DNA from: an uncultured virus (IMG/VR IMGVR_UViG_3300031853_000028)
Taxonomy: Duplodnaviria; Heunggongvirae; Uroviricota; Caudoviricetes
Strand: one strand, 5' to 3'
DNA: 64,000 bases
Virus record (IMG/VR): IMGVR_UViG_3300031853_000028
Below the pieces are notes generated by a model. It did no database searches. It had not been told where the DNA came from and saw only the letters and a list, made by a program, of their open reading frames with translations. Below are positions 9,796-21,168 of this stretch, one piece after another; the first letter of the stretch is position 1, and every line of letters starts with the position of its first letter. The translations under genes were made by a program, and so were the position numbers.

Positions 9796-10794
9796 ATGCC
9801 AAAAAGTAATGTGTCGTACAGAAAATTAAGAACTATTAATCCATCAAATATAAAATTGATGTATGAATATTTAGATTTTAAAATTAGTTGTGGTGTAGGA
9901 GATTCAACTATAAAGAACATTCAGCGAGATTTAGAAACATTGTTTATTTGGAATATGGATTTTAATGGTAATGGTTCTTTCATAACTATAACTGATAAGA
10001 AGTTTCAAAAATTTTTATTATATTGTTCTAGTGTGTTAGACTATTCTACCGAGGCAGTTAACAGAATAACTAGTAATGTTAAAGGATTAAATAAATTTGT
10101 ATTAACTGTGATGGATGATAAGTTTAAAAATTATTCTACTGTATTAGGTGACGTTGAAGCACCAGTGGCAAGTTTAATAAAAAATAAATTTGTTATTACT
10201 GAAAAAAAAGTTGATGTGGTTTTAGATAAGTTAGTTGATATGGGAAAGTATCAAGCATCTTGCATATTAGCTTTATGTGCTTTTAGTGGAATAGCAAAGA
10301 GTGATATTAATAAATTTAAATGGGAATGGTTTAAGAATAAAAATATAATGAATAATGTTCCGTTATATCGTATGCCTGAACCATTATCAGGAAATAAATA
10401 TATTTCACAAGTGAATGATGTTTATAAAAATAAACCTATCAAGTATGTGTTATTAGACTTTAAGAAATATTATGATTTGTGGATGACTAAACGAATTGAG
10501 AAAGGTATCAATAAGTGTGAATATTTATTTGTTGATAATGAAGATAAACAATTATCATCAGATTATATTGAATATTATCTAATGATAATATCTGAACTGT
10601 TCGGACAAACTATTTATTTTCAGGAGTTACGACCACAGTTATGTACAAGGTTACATAGAGTTGGAGTTACGTCTGAATTAATAAAGGATTTTTATGGTTG
10701 GAATGACAATTTAATTTTAAATAGAAACAATAAAGAAATCGGACAATTAGTTTCTATTTATTCTAAGATGAAAGAAGTTAAGAACGTGTTGTAA
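9796..10794 (+). CDS. Tyrosine-recombinase-family protein with degenerate active site (SPbeta YomM-like position)
   Basis: N-terminal SAM-like region; SGIAKSDI (Arg missing), QELR, YGW, LVSIY; SD and ATG at 9796. Confidence 0.7.
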   Translation: MPKSNVSYRKLRTINPSNIKLMYEYLDFKISCGVGDSTIKNIQRDLETLFIWNMDFNGNGSFITITDKKFQKFLLYCSSVLDYSTEAVNRITSNVKGLNKFVLTVMDDKFKNYSTVLGDVEAPVASLIKNKFVITEKKVDVVLDKLVDMGKYQASCILALCAFSGIAKSDINKFKWEWFKNKNIMNNVPLYRMPEPLSGNKYISQVNDVYKNKPIKYVLLDFKKYYDLWMTKRIEKGINKCEYLFVDNEDKQLSSDYIEYYLMIISELFGQTIYFQELRPQLCTRLHRVGVTSELIKDFYGWNDNLILNRNNKEIGQLVSIYSKMKEVKNVL

Positions 10795-10816
10795 CATGTG
10801 AGGTGAGGGGATAAGT

Positions 10817-11350
10817 ATGGGAAAAAATTTGGATAATATAATTTCTAATTATACTAAAAAATTATTAGACAAACGTCATAATAATAAAATTGATAAGATA
10901 AATAATATCATTGATGATGCTAAGTTTACCTTTTTTAAATATTTAAATAGTGAAATTGATAGTTATTTAAAGTCATATGTACCAAAAGAATATATTAGAA
11001 CTGATCAATTAAAACGAGAGGCTTTATATAATATGATGTTTTATAATGATATTCCAGAAAAAAGATTGTATTATCCCTCAAATATAAAAGTAATTTTTAA
11101 TATTTCATCTATGCATAAATCTAAATACCCAAATGATTTTAATGGAAAAGGTGATGTTATATCATTATGGGAAACTGGTTGGAACGCTAACGCAATGAGT
11201 AAACGTATTTATAGATTTTCACATTATGATGGTTTGCAATGGATAACTAAATGTATGGATATGACAAAATTTTACATAAGGACAAAATATAAAATTGACA
11301 TAGATATTAGTTATATTTCTGCATACGATATTTACAAAGGGAAAGGGTGA
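10817..11350 (+). CDS. Hypothetical protein upstream of the tape measure gene
   Basis: Strong SD; YVPKEYIRT motif. Confidence 0.65.
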   Translation: MGKNLDNIISNYTKKLLDKRHNNKIDKINNIIDDAKFTFFKYLNSEIDSYLKSYVPKEYIRTDQLKREALYNMMFYNDIPEKRLYYPSNIKVIFNISSMHKSKYPNDFNGKGDVISLWETGWNANAMSKRIYRFSHYDGLQWITKCMDMTKFYIRTKYKIDIDISYISAYDIYKGKG

Positions 11351-11358
11351 TGATATAA

Positions 11359-14300
11359 ATGGCTAGTAATGATATAAAAGATTCTGATGGAGAAATTATA
11401 TTAAGTTTAGCCTATAGTGCTACGAAAGAAAATATAAATTTACAATTAAAACGTTTATTAGAAAACGATTTACAAAAAGAAGCGACTACCTTAACTCTAA
11501 AAGATATTAATACTACTAATGAATTTGAAAAAAAATTAGAAAGTATAATAGAAAAAATTGAAAAAGCAACAAAAATAGATATAAGTAATTTTCAATTATC
11601 TGATGATGTATCTGACAAGATTGAATTAAAGTTGAATAAATTTGAAATTGCAGATGAGGGTAAAAGAAATTTACAAAACACTTTAAATACTATAAAGGAT
11701 TTACATATTAAAATTAACAATTTCGTTTTATCGGATAAGGCTAAAAGAGATTTGCAAAGTCAGATTGAACAATTGACAAAGACGAGAGTTGTAAATCCTT
11801 ATAAGAAAAATAATTTAATTTCGTCTGATGCAACAGACATTAATGATACAGAGGGTTTATATAAAACAGCAAAACAAATTTCTCTAGGAAATACTAAACT
11901 TAGTGAAACAACAAAATTATTAAATGACATTAGGCAGGCTTATTCAGATTTAGGAAATGTTTCTATAAAACGTAGTTATTTAGAAGCAGATGATTTTGGT
12001 GTAGATGAATTAAAAGAAGTTGAAGTTGAAATATCTAATATAAATAATGGTTTAATAAAAACTCAAACATTATTAGGAGTAATTGATAGAATTAATGGTA
12101 AAACATCTTTTACACCAACGACATATTCATATCAATCTGTTGAACCTTTATTTAAACCTAGTGAAGTACAAAAGAATATTGATAATCAAACATATGATTC
12201 TCAATATAAAAATGCTATAAACAATTTAAATAAATTTAATCTTAACTTAAAAGAAACAGATTATATTGTAGATGAATTAACTAAATCATATGATGATTTA
12301 ATTAATATGAATATTGATGATGATGATTTAATTCTTCATGCGTATAATTTTCAGAACACTTTAAAAGAAACATTAAATATCATTAAACAATATAAAACAG
12401 AATATGCTACTATTAAACAAACTGATGGTTTATCAAAATCAATTCAAAATTATAATATTGATTATCAAAATAATGAATTAAACCAAATGGTATTACATCT
12501 TCGAAATGCTAACATTACATTAGATGAGTATCAATCAATGGTTAAACGATTCAATCAAATTAAATTAGATGATAAACGAGAGTTAAACACAACAAGAGTT
12601 GAAACACTTAAAAATCAAGTTGAAGCATTTAAATTATCCAGTTCAAGTGCTGAAAGATTTGCTAAAGATTTAGATGATATAACTGAAAAGTTAAAGAATG
12701 TAAAGAATAATTCAGAGTTAAATAAAATTGCAGAAGAATTTAAAGTTATAGAATCAAAAGCAAAAATAGCATCGAAAGCAATGGATATAACTAATGCTTT
12801 TGGTATAAGTGGTAATGGTGGTAAGTATAACGAATATAAGACACAGATAGAAAAAATAACAAGTGAGATAAATAAATATGCAGTAAATTTTAAATTATCT
12901 AAAACTGTAACAGATGATTTAACTAATGCTTATCAAAAATTAGCAAAGGCTCGTGGAGATAATGCGAAAATTAAAGCCGAACAAGAATTTAATAACGCAT
13001 TAGATTTAGCCAAACTTAAACTAGAAAAAGTTAAAGAAGAAACTGCTAAGTTATCAGATGTAGATAATTTAAGAACAAATATTTCTAATTATTTAGAAAC
13101 TACTAATACGACTAATCGTAATGCACTTGACGAATTATTAAATAATAAATTAAATAAAACTAATAGTCTTGGTGGACAAAATAAAATAACTCTTGAAGCA
13201 TTACAACAAGCAAAAGAAATATTTAATAATGTTCAGATTGCAGATAAAAAATTTGTAGATAGTACAAGTCTTGAAACATTAAGAAGTCAAATGTATACTT
13301 GGTTGAATAGTACAAAGTATGCAGAAGAATATAGAGAAGCAATTGATAGGTTGTCAAATGAATTAAACGGAATAGATTCTGTTGGATTTAAAAATATAAA
13401 AGAACAATTCCAGCAGATGAAATCGCAAATCAAAGAGTTAGGTTCATATGTAAGTTCAGATGATATTAATAGTTTAAAGAACAAATTAGATATATTTGAA
13501 TTTAATGATGCTAATGCTGAACGATTTACAAGCCAAATTGATAATATTAGAAAAATAATTAATTCAGTTGAAGTAGATAATGTTTCTCTTAGTGTTGCTG
13601 AATTTAAAAAATTTGAAAATGAAATAAATAAAATTCAACAAGAAGCAAATACATTATCTAAGACAAATATATCACCTAATGATTTAGAAAATCTTAGTAA
13701 TCAGATTACTACATTTTCACAAAAGACACAACACTTAGATGATACATTTGAAGATGCCAACGGAACTACTAAAACATTTAGGGAAGAACTAGAAAGATTA
13801 TTAAATGATTTAACGAATGTTGATTTAACAAAAGGTGGTTTCAATCAAATTAAAAAAGATTTTGATACTTTAAAAACTGCCGAAAAGCAATTAGAATCGC
13901 TTGCTAAAAAATCAGATATTGATTTATTACAGAGTAAAATTACTAAGTTAAAAAACACATTTAATTTTTCTAAAGATACAATTGAATCATTAAATGTATT
14001 AGAAAAGAAATTATCTAATTTAAAAGTTGGTACTGCAACTAAAAGTGATTTTGAAAAACTTAATACAGAATTTAAATTACTTAAAGCAAATGCCGAAGCA
14101 ACTATATCTCCACTTGATAGGTTTAAACAGAAACTTATACAATATGGACAGATGTATTTAAGTTTTTATTCAGTTGTTAATGGCATTAAACAAATGATTG
14201 CAGAAGTTAAAGAGTTAGATGATGACTTACTTGAATTATCTAAAGTTTCAAACATGACTGCTAAAGATCTAAAGAACTTTACAAGTGAAGCATTTGCTAT

Positions 14301-17300
14301 GGGTGATGAAGTTGGTAGAAAAGGAACAGACGTTATTAATGCAGTAACAGAATTTAAACGAGCAGGATATACTTTAAAAGAAAGTTCAGATATGGCTCAA
14401 TCTGCTTTAATTATGACAAATGTTGCCGAAGGAATTGAATCAACAAGTGATGCATCAGGTACATTGATTTCTGTACTTAAAGGTTTCAACATGGATGCTA
14501 GTGAAACTTTAAATATCGTTGATAAGATAAATGAAGTTTCAAATAAAGCACCTATTAACTTTGATAATATTGCAGATGGTTTGGAAAGAACTTCTGCTAC
14601 TTTGCATGAAAATGGTAACTCAATAGATGAATCAATTGGTTTAATTACTGCTGGTTACGCACAGTTAAGAGATATTCCAAAAGTAACAAGTGGTATTATT
14701 ACAATATCTGCTAGACTTAGAGGTGTTGATGATGAAACTGGCGAAACAATTGATGGACTTAAAGCCAAAATGCAGGATTCATTTAGCAAGATTGGAGTTA
14801 ATATTGAAGATGCTAATGGAGAATTAAGAAGTTTATATGATATTGCTAGAGATTATGCTAAGGTGTATGATACTCTTACTTCTAAGCAGAAACAGTATTA
14901 TGGAGAACTTGCTTCTGGTAAACGACAAGTTACAGTATGGAACGCAATCATAAGTAATTTTAAAGATGCTGAATCAGCAGTTCAAGCATCATTAAATTCA
15001 AGTGGAAGTGCCATGCTTGAAAATGAAAAGTATATGGACAGTTTATCAGGTAAGTACGAAATGCTTCAATCATCTGTTCAGGGATTTGCAAATTCATTAA
15101 TTAATTCAAAAGCATATGGTGATACAATAAGTTTAATTACTGACTTAGTTAAAGGTTTAACATCATTATTTAATGTGTTAAATAAAATAAATGTGCTTGC
15201 ACCAGTGTTAATTTCTACAGTTGGAGCAATTGCTAGTAATAAATTTAATTTAAACTTTTTAGATTTTAGTGGAGATAAACTACAAGCAGGAAGAGGTCTT
15301 ACTAAACTGATAGAAACTTTTAAAAGTTTAAAAAGTTTCAAATCACCAATAACTGAAAAAGAAGTAGATTTAATTCATAAGTATTTCATGTATAAAGATA
15401 ATGGTGCATTAGAAAAAGCGAATAAACTTTTTAATGATAATTCAGAAGCATTGTCTGAAAATGCAAAAAATATTATGCAAAATTGTAATAATATGGCAGA
15501 TGCAAATGTGAGATTAGCAGGAACTACTTCAAAATTATCGGGTGCATTTAAAGGTTTAATGGCTTCATTTGCACAATTTGCTATAATGTTTATAGCAACA
15601 GAATTAATTAACGGTGCTATAAAATTTTTTGATAAATTAATCGTTACTACTAAAGAATATGAAGAAAATCTAAGAAATTTAAAACAATCATTTGAAGATA
15701 ATAAAACTCAAATAGAAAGTAATTATGAATCTGCAAAAGACTTAGTGGATAAATATCAAGAATTGAGTAAAGGTGTTGGAGCAAATAATGTAAATAACTA
15801 TTTATCAGATGAAGAATATAAAGAATATTTATCTACTGTTAATAATTTAGTTGAAATATATCCTGAATTGTTAAGTCATTATGACGCAGAAGGTAATGCT
15901 GTTTTAAAGAATATAGATTTATATAAAGAGTTAATTAGATTAAAAGAAGAAGATATAAAAAATAATTATAATAAATATTTGTTTGATGATGATGGTGATG
16001 TAAATAAAGAACCTGTAAAAAAAACAAAAAAATATTCAAAAGAATTAAATGTTAAACGATATGAATTTTCTCATAAATCAAAAGAAGAAATTCAAAATCA
16101 AATTGATGAATTATCTAAAGATTATAATGATGAAGAGTTATATGAAAAAATCCAACAAGAATTAGGTATGCCATCTCTTAATGTAGATTATTTTCTCGAT
16201 TCAAACGGACAGATAGTAGACCAAGCATTTAATGAATTACAAACAAAAATTAAAAACGAAGAAAGTGAACTTAGAGCCAAATTAAATGAATCACTAAGTG
16301 CTGTGAAAAATCAAGCCATAGCAGTGTTGATGAATAATCAAGATTATAATAATTTATCTGATGCTCAAAAACAATTTGCTATGAATTTTGTTAATGGAAT
16401 TGATGAGAAAATAGCAAATGGTTTTACTGGTGTATATGATGGTAAAAATTCTATAGATAATTATATTAGTAATTTAATGAGTAGTCTTAATAAATTACAA
16501 TTTGGTAGCGACCAAACTTTAGAATTTTTAGCAAATGTTGATGATATTAAAATTAACTTATCTCCTGAAGAATTAAAAGATAGAGTTAATATTAAACTTC
16601 AAGAATTAAGTAATCAAACTGGCATACCAGTTCAAGATATTAAAGTAATGTATAATCTTGAATGGGTTGAAGAAAATAGTGAAGCAGTTTCAAATTTTAG
16701 AAAAAATTTAACTAGTCGTTTAGAGAATGAATTAAAAGATAATGTTGATTATAAAGGTTATGGTAGTACAATTGTTGAAGTAAATAAATTCATAAAAGAA
16801 AATAAAATATATACACAAGAACAAGTTGATGAATTTGTTGAATTATATAATAAAACTAATAGTGTAACAGAAGCAATGAAATTATATGCTAAACAATTAG
16901 CATATACAAATAATGTAGAATCATTTAAAGATTTAGGTACTAATTTAGATACACTAAAAAATAATCTTACTGACATAACAGAAGTTATAGATAATAATTT
17001 TCAAACATTAGATGTAGTTAAATTAATGGATAGTAATGCTTCTTTTGATTGGGAAAAAGCAGGAGTAATTAATTTTAATACTGGTGAAATAACATCAGAT
17101 GTTAATGTTTTAAGAAGTGCTTTTTCACAATTACAAACTGAATTAATAAATCATGTAAAAGAAACATATCCTCAATATGCTAATGCAATAGACAGTGTAG
17201 CAAACGAATGTGTATATGTTTCTAAAAGTGTTGATGACTACATGGATTCATTAACAGAATTAAATGATTTATATTATAAAGTTCAAAAAGGAACAGAATT

Positions 17301-20300
17301 AAATAAAGCAGAGGTTGAAGATTTAACAACTAAATATCCTGCTTTAAAAGATGCAGTTATTGAAACTGCTAATGGTTTCAGTTTTGAAGAAAATGCTTTA
17401 GTTGATGTATATAATACACAAGTTGAAACATCTAGGGCGGGTATTGCTTCACAAATAAATTTAACACAAAAAACAATTGAACAAGTTCAAGCAAGAATTA
17501 AGGCATATCTCGCAGAACAAAATGCGTTAGCAAATTTAATGAAAAATGCAAGTAATATTACAACAACTGTTGAAAATGGTGTTGTTCGATATTACGACCA
17601 ACTTTCTAAAAAATGGGTTGATAAAAGTGCAGTTCAAAAATACAATGATTATACAATGGATACAATCACTCTTGAATTAGCACAAGATGAATTAAATAAA
17701 TTAAAATCAAGTTTATCAACAATTCAACGTAGTTCAAAGAATTTAAATACTTCGTATAAAAATAATAAACCTGCTAATACATCAAGTGGTTCGAGTGGAA
17801 GTGGTTCAAGCAGGGGTTCATCAGGAAATAGTGATAGTTCACAAGAAAGACAACCTACTTTGTTTGATTGGATTGAACGTAAAGTAAAGAAGTTATCAGA
17901 TACTTTAGAACTTGCGAAAAAAAAGATAAGTGATTTCTTCGACTATACTAACAAAAATATTCAAACGAATAAGGCTATATCTTTAATTGAACAACAGATA
18001 AGTAATTATACTGCTACAATAAATGCTTATAACAAAGAGTTAAGTAATATTGGATTATCGGCTGATTTAAGAGATAAAATTGAGAATGGTGCATATACTG
18101 TTGATTATATCAAAGACGAAGAATTAAAGGCTAAAGTAAATAGTTATAAAGAAATGTATGATAAAATAACAGAAGCACGAAAATCAATTGAGAGTTTGCG
18201 AGATGAAGAACAAGAATTATATAAACAACGACTTGATAATATTAAAACATATTATGATTATTTAAATAATCGTGAAACAACAAGACAAAAGGGTTATAAT
18301 CTAACGTCAAGTGATTCACGAATAGATATAAATAGTCAGCAAAGATTAGATGCTTTATGGTTAGAAAAACAATCAATTGATAAGCAAAGCCAACAAACAT
18401 TAGAACTAAAGAATAATTATGAAAGAGAATTAAATTCTTTATATTCAAGTGGAAAAATAAATTTCAATGCATACTATGAAGGATTAACTTATGTTGAAGA
18501 ATTGAATAATCAGCTTAAAGAATTAAGTGCTAATTCACATAACATTCAAAAACAAATGAATGAAATGGAATTAAACATATTTCAAAAAATTGAAAATAGT
18601 TTTCAAAATCAAGCCGATTATTGGGCGAATAAAATTGAATTAAAACAGGCGAGTGGTGAAACTGTAACAAAAGATGATTATTACAATGAAATTCATCAGT
18701 ATAGTTGGCGAGTTTTATATTTACAACAACAAATAAGTGCGTTAGAAAAATTAAAGGCTAGTGCTAATTATCGTTCAGAAGAATGGTTTGAATATTCAAA
18801 TCAATTAGATTCTGTTAATAACGAATTACTTAGCACTCAAAAGACAATATATGATTTAAGGTCTGAAATGTTTAATAATACATTATTTAAACAGATGGAT
18901 GATGTTATTGAAAAATTAGATAAATTAAAAAGTAATCTTTCTGAAATAAGTGATATTATTAATGACGATATGATATTTGATGAAAATGGAATTGTTACGG
19001 ATTTAGGTATAACTAAGTTGGCTGTTATGACACAGATGTATGATGAAGCCAAAGAAAAGGTAAATGCTTATATTAAAGACATTGAACTGTTAGAAAATAC
19101 ATACCGAAAAGACCGATATAATCCTATGAGTGATGAAGATTATGAAACTAAATTAAAGGACTTGCAAGATGGATTGTTAAGCTCTGTTAAAGATGTGCAA
19201 TCAATTAGAGATAGTTTTATTAGTCTTTATGAACAACAGAATCAAGCCGAACTAGATAGTTTAAAAGAATTAATTCAATTAAGAGTTGAAGCCTTAAATG
19301 CAAAGAAGTCTTATTATGATTATGATAAAAATATAAAGTCTAAGACAAAAGATATTAAGTCTTTGGAAGCACAGATACTTGCTTTGGAAGGTGTTGAGGA
19401 TCAAGCAACTAAAACACGAAAAGCACAATTGGAAGCACAGTTACAAACTAGTAAAGAGGATTTGAATGATACAATTGTTGAACATAGAATTTCATTAATC
19501 ACAGATGGATTAGATGATTTTGTTAATGATCTTGAAACAGATTATAGTAAGCAAGTTGATTTACTTAAAGCAAACTTAACTGCACAAGCAGAAGTTATTG
19601 AGGAAATAACTTCTGAATACGGAAAGTTTGGAACAGATACAATTAAATCAATTAATGATATGTTTTCAACAATTGCAGGAACAACTGTTGATGTTAGTGG
19701 TTTAGTTAATGGTGTTAAGATAGATACTTCTAATAATACAGGAACATATACTACAACATCTACTGCTACTAATACGACTTCTAACAGTAACACACAAACT
19801 ATAAAACAAACAGATGTAACAAGTAATGGTTTGGTGTCAGGTATATCTAAAGATTTAATAACATCAGCTACTGCAACAAAAGATGAAGTTATAAGAATAC
19901 AACGTGCATTAAATTCATTAGGTATTACAGATACAAATGGTAGACGTTTATCAGAGAATGGAATATGGGATAGCAAGGTAACACAAGCAATTCAGAAGTT
20001 TCAAGAGAGTTCTAATTGGGGTGGAGCAATTACTGCTAATGGTAAAATTGATTCTGCGACAAAAGCAAAATTTAAACGAGCAGGTTATTATAAAGGTGGA
20101 ATTGTTAAATCATTCTTGCCAGTTGATGATGAGTTAACAAGTCTTATCAAAGATAATAAGGATAGTGGTTTAATTACTGCTAAAGTTGGAGAAGCAATTA
20201 TTCCAAGTAAATATGTTCCTGATTTTGTTGATAAGATAGAATCATTTATTAATATGCCAAACATAGGTGATATATTTGATGGTAAAATTAATAAATCTAA

Positions 20301-20460
20301 TAATGGAATTATAATTGAACAAAAGTATGACAATCTGTTAAATGTTAATGGTGATGTTGACAAGGAAGTATTTCCGGGGATTAAGTCTATGTTAGAGCAA
20401 TCATATAAATATAATAGTCAGAAGTTAGTAAATGAATTAAAGAAGTATGGTTATAAGTAA
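11359..20460 (+). CDS. Tape measure protein (TP901-type core) with C-terminal peptidoglycan-binding domain
   Basis: 3033 aa, helical; core ELDDDLLELSKVS...VDKINEVSNK...LRSLYDI; PG-binding IQRALNSLG..ENGIWDSKVTQAIQKFQ..ANGKID at ~19880-20075. Confidence 0.93.
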   Translation: MASNDIKDSDGEIILSLAYSATKENINLQLKRLLENDLQKEATTLTLKDINTTNEFEKKLESIIEKIEKATKIDISNFQLSDDVSDKIELKLNKFEIADEGKRNLQNTLNTIKDLHIKINNFVLSDKAKRDLQSQIEQLTKTRVVNPYKKNNLISSDATDINDTEGLYKTAKQISLGNTKLSETTKLLNDIRQAYSDLGNVSIKRSYLEADDFGVDELKEVEVEISNINNGLIKTQTLLGVIDRINGKTSFTPTTYSYQSVEPLFKPSEVQKNIDNQTYDSQYKNAINNLNKFNLNLKETDYIVDELTKSYDDLINMNIDDDDLILHAYNFQNTLKETLNIIKQYKTEYATIKQTDGLSKSIQNYNIDYQNNELNQMVLHLRNANITLDEYQSMVKRFNQIKLDDKRELNTTRVETLKNQVEAFKLSSSSAERFAKDLDDITEKLKNVKNNSELNKIAEEFKVIESKAKIASKAMDITNAFGISGNGGKYNEYKTQIEKITSEINKYAVNFKLSKTVTDDLTNAYQKLAKARGDNAKIKAEQEFNNALDLAKLKLEKVKEETAKLSDVDNLRTNISNYLETTNTTNRNALDELLNNKLNKTNSLGGQNKITLEALQQAKEIFNNVQIADKKFVDSTSLETLRSQMYTWLNSTKYAEEYREAIDRLSNELNGIDSVGFKNIKEQFQQMKSQIKELGSYVSSDDINSLKNKLDIFEFNDANAERFTSQIDNIRKIINSVEVDNVSLSVAEFKKFENEINKIQQEANTLSKTNISPNDLENLSNQITTFSQKTQHLDDTFEDANGTTKTFREELERLLNDLTNVDLTKGGFNQIKKDFDTLKTAEKQLESLAKKSDIDLLQSKITKLKNTFNFSKDTIESLNVLEKKLSNLKVGTATKSDFEKLNTEFKLLKANAEATISPLDRFKQKLIQYGQMYLSFYSVVNGIKQMIAEVKELDDDLLELSKVSNMTAKDLKNFTSEAFAMGDEVGRKGTDVINAVTEFKRAGYTLKESSDMAQSALIMTNVAEGIESTSDASGTLISVLKGFNMDASETLNIVDKINEVSNKAPINFDNIADGLERTSATLHENGNSIDESIGLITAGYAQLRDIPKVTSGIITISARLRGVDDETGETIDGLKAKMQDSFSKIGVNIEDANGELRSLYDIARDYAKVYDTLTSKQKQYYGELASGKRQVTVWNAIISNFKDAESAVQASLNSSGSAMLENEKYMDSLSGKYEMLQSSVQGFANSLINSKAYGDTISLITDLVKGLTSLFNVLNKINVLAPVLISTVGAIASNKFNLNFLDFSGDKLQAGRGLTKLIETFKSLKSFKSPITEKEVDLIHKYFMYKDNGALEKANKLFNDNSEALSENAKNIMQNCNNMADANVRLAGTTSKLSGAFKGLMASFAQFAIMFIATELINGAIKFFDKLIVTTKEYEENLRNLKQSFEDNKTQIESNYESAKDLVDKYQELSKGVGANNVNNYLSDEEYKEYLSTVNNLVEIYPELLSHYDAEGNAVLKNIDLYKELIRLKEEDIKNNYNKYLFDDDGDVNKEPVKKTKKYSKELNVKRYEFSHKSKEEIQNQIDELSKDYNDEELYEKIQQELGMPSLNVDYFLDSNGQIVDQAFNELQTKIKNEESELRAKLNESLSAVKNQAIAVLMNNQDYNNLSDAQKQFAMNFVNGIDEKIANGFTGVYDGKNSIDNYISNLMSSLNKLQFGSDQTLEFLANVDDIKINLSPEELKDRVNIKLQELSNQTGIPVQDIKVMYNLEWVEENSEAVSNFRKNLTSRLENELKDNVDYKGYGSTIVEVNKFIKENKIYTQEQVDEFVELYNKTNSVTEAMKLYAKQLAYTNNVESFKDLGTNLDTLKNNLTDITEVIDNNFQTLDVVKLMDSNASFDWEKAGVINFNTGEITSDVNVLRSAFSQLQTELINHVKETYPQYANAIDSVANECVYVSKSVDDYMDSLTELNDLYYKVQKGTELNKAEVEDLTTKYPALKDAVIETANGFSFEENALVDVYNTQVETSRAGIASQINLTQKTIEQVQARIKAYLAEQNALANLMKNASNITTTVENGVVRYYDQLSKKWVDKSAVQKYNDYTMDTITLELAQDELNKLKSSLSTIQRSSKNLNTSYKNNKPANTSSGSSGSGSSRGSSGNSDSSQERQPTLFDWIERKVKKLSDTLELAKKKISDFFDYTNKNIQTNKAISLIEQQISNYTATINAYNKELSNIGLSADLRDKIENGAYTVDYIKDEELKAKVNSYKEMYDKITEARKSIESLRDEEQELYKQRLDNIKTYYDYLNNRETTRQKGYNLTSSDSRIDINSQQRLDALWLEKQSIDKQSQQTLELKNNYERELNSLYSSGKINFNAYYEGLTYVEELNNQLKELSANSHNIQKQMNEMELNIFQKIENSFQNQADYWANKIELKQASGETVTKDDYYNEIHQYSWRVLYLQQQISALEKLKASANYRSEEWFEYSNQLDSVNNELLSTQKTIYDLRSEMFNNTLFKQMDDVIEKLDKLKSNLSEISDIINDDMIFDENGIVTDLGITKLAVMTQMYDEAKEKVNAYIKDIELLENTYRKDRYNPMSDEDYETKLKDLQDGLLSSVKDVQSIRDSFISLYEQQNQAELDSLKELIQLRVEALNAKKSYYDYDKNIKSKTKDIKSLEAQILALEGVEDQATKTRKAQLEAQLQTSKEDLNDTIVEHRISLITDGLDDFVNDLETDYSKQVDLLKANLTAQAEVIEEITSEYGKFGTDTIKSINDMFSTIAGTTVDVSGLVNGVKIDTSNNTGTYTTTSTATNTTSNSNTQTIKQTDVTSNGLVSGISKDLITSATATKDEVIRIQRALNSLGITDTNGRRLSENGIWDSKVTQAIQKFQESSNWGGAITANGKIDSATKAKFKRAGYYKGGIVKSFLPVDDELTSLIKDNKDSGLITAKVGEAIIPSKYVPDFVDKIESFINMPNIGDIFDGKINKSNNGIIIEQKYDNLLNVNGDVDKEVFPGIKSMLEQSYKYNSQKLVNELKKYGYK

Positions 20461-20476
20461 TGTAAGTTTAAGTTTC

Positions 20477-20523
20477 AATGTACTGTGGGATAGTAAATTT
20501 CAAGAACTATTCCACTGTACATT
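20477..20523. repeat. 18-bp imperfect stem-loop after the tape measure gene
   Basis: AATGTACTGTGGGATAGT ... ACTATTCCACTGTACATT. Confidence 0.7.
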
Positions 20524-20545
20524 TCACATACAGGAGGAATGATTT

Positions 20546-21100
20546 GTGGGTAAAAGATGGAAACACTTTAAAACAGTTTGTAAGCACAAAGCAATTGTTT
20601 ATCAAGAATGTAAATCTTGTGGGATAACATGGCAAGGTATTATACATGATTTGTCAAAGTTTAGTCCTATTGAATTTTCTGCTTCTGCTAAACACTTTCA
20701 AGGCAATCGAAGTCCTATTGAAGCAGAGAAAGAATCTCGTGGTTATTCTATGGCTTGGTTACATCACAAAGGAGTTAATAAACATCATTGGGAATGGTGG
20801 ATAGATTTTTATGATAACGGACAAATTATAGCCAATAAAATCCCATCAAAATATGTTGTTGAAATGATATGCGATTGGATAGGTGCAGGTAAAGTTTACA
20901 GTAATGAAAAGTGGAATCAAGACGAACCTCTCAATTATTTCTACAAAGTAAGAAAAGGCAGATATTTTCATCCAGAAACTGAAAAGCTAATTATCTTTCT
21001 TCTTGAAATAATTAGAGATAAAGGTCTTGATGAATTTCATAGAGTATGTAGTCAAGGCTATCCTGTTTTGACAGATTATGATGAATTATATATTCCATAA
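20546..21100 (+). CDS. DUF5662-family HD-like protein (moron)
   Basis: HK..HDLSKF..AWLHHKGVNKHHWEWW..EMICDWIGAG; own SD AGGAGG. Confidence 0.75.
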   Translation: MGKRWKHFKTVCKHKAIVYQECKSCGITWQGIIHDLSKFSPIEFSASAKHFQGNRSPIEAEKESRGYSMAWLHHKGVNKHHWEWWIDFYDNGQIIANKIPSKYVVEMICDWIGAGKVYSNEKWNQDEPLNYFYKVRKGRYFHPETEKLIIFLLEIIRDKGLDEFHRVCSQGYPVLTDYDELYIP

Positions 21101-21106
21101 CTACAC

Positions 21107-21155
21107 ATTGTAGGTAGATAGAATTATATTACTTTATCTACCTACAATATTTTTT
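21107..21155 (+). terminator. Stem-loop, likely intrinsic terminator
   Basis: ATTGTAGGTAGATA ... TATCTACCTACAAT followed by ATTTTTT. Confidence 0.65.
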
Positions 21156-21168
21156 ATAAAGAGAGGGA

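Noticed and set aside
17770..17845. Ser/Gly low-complexity runs (also 6530-6600)
   Set aside because: Ordinary flexible linkers
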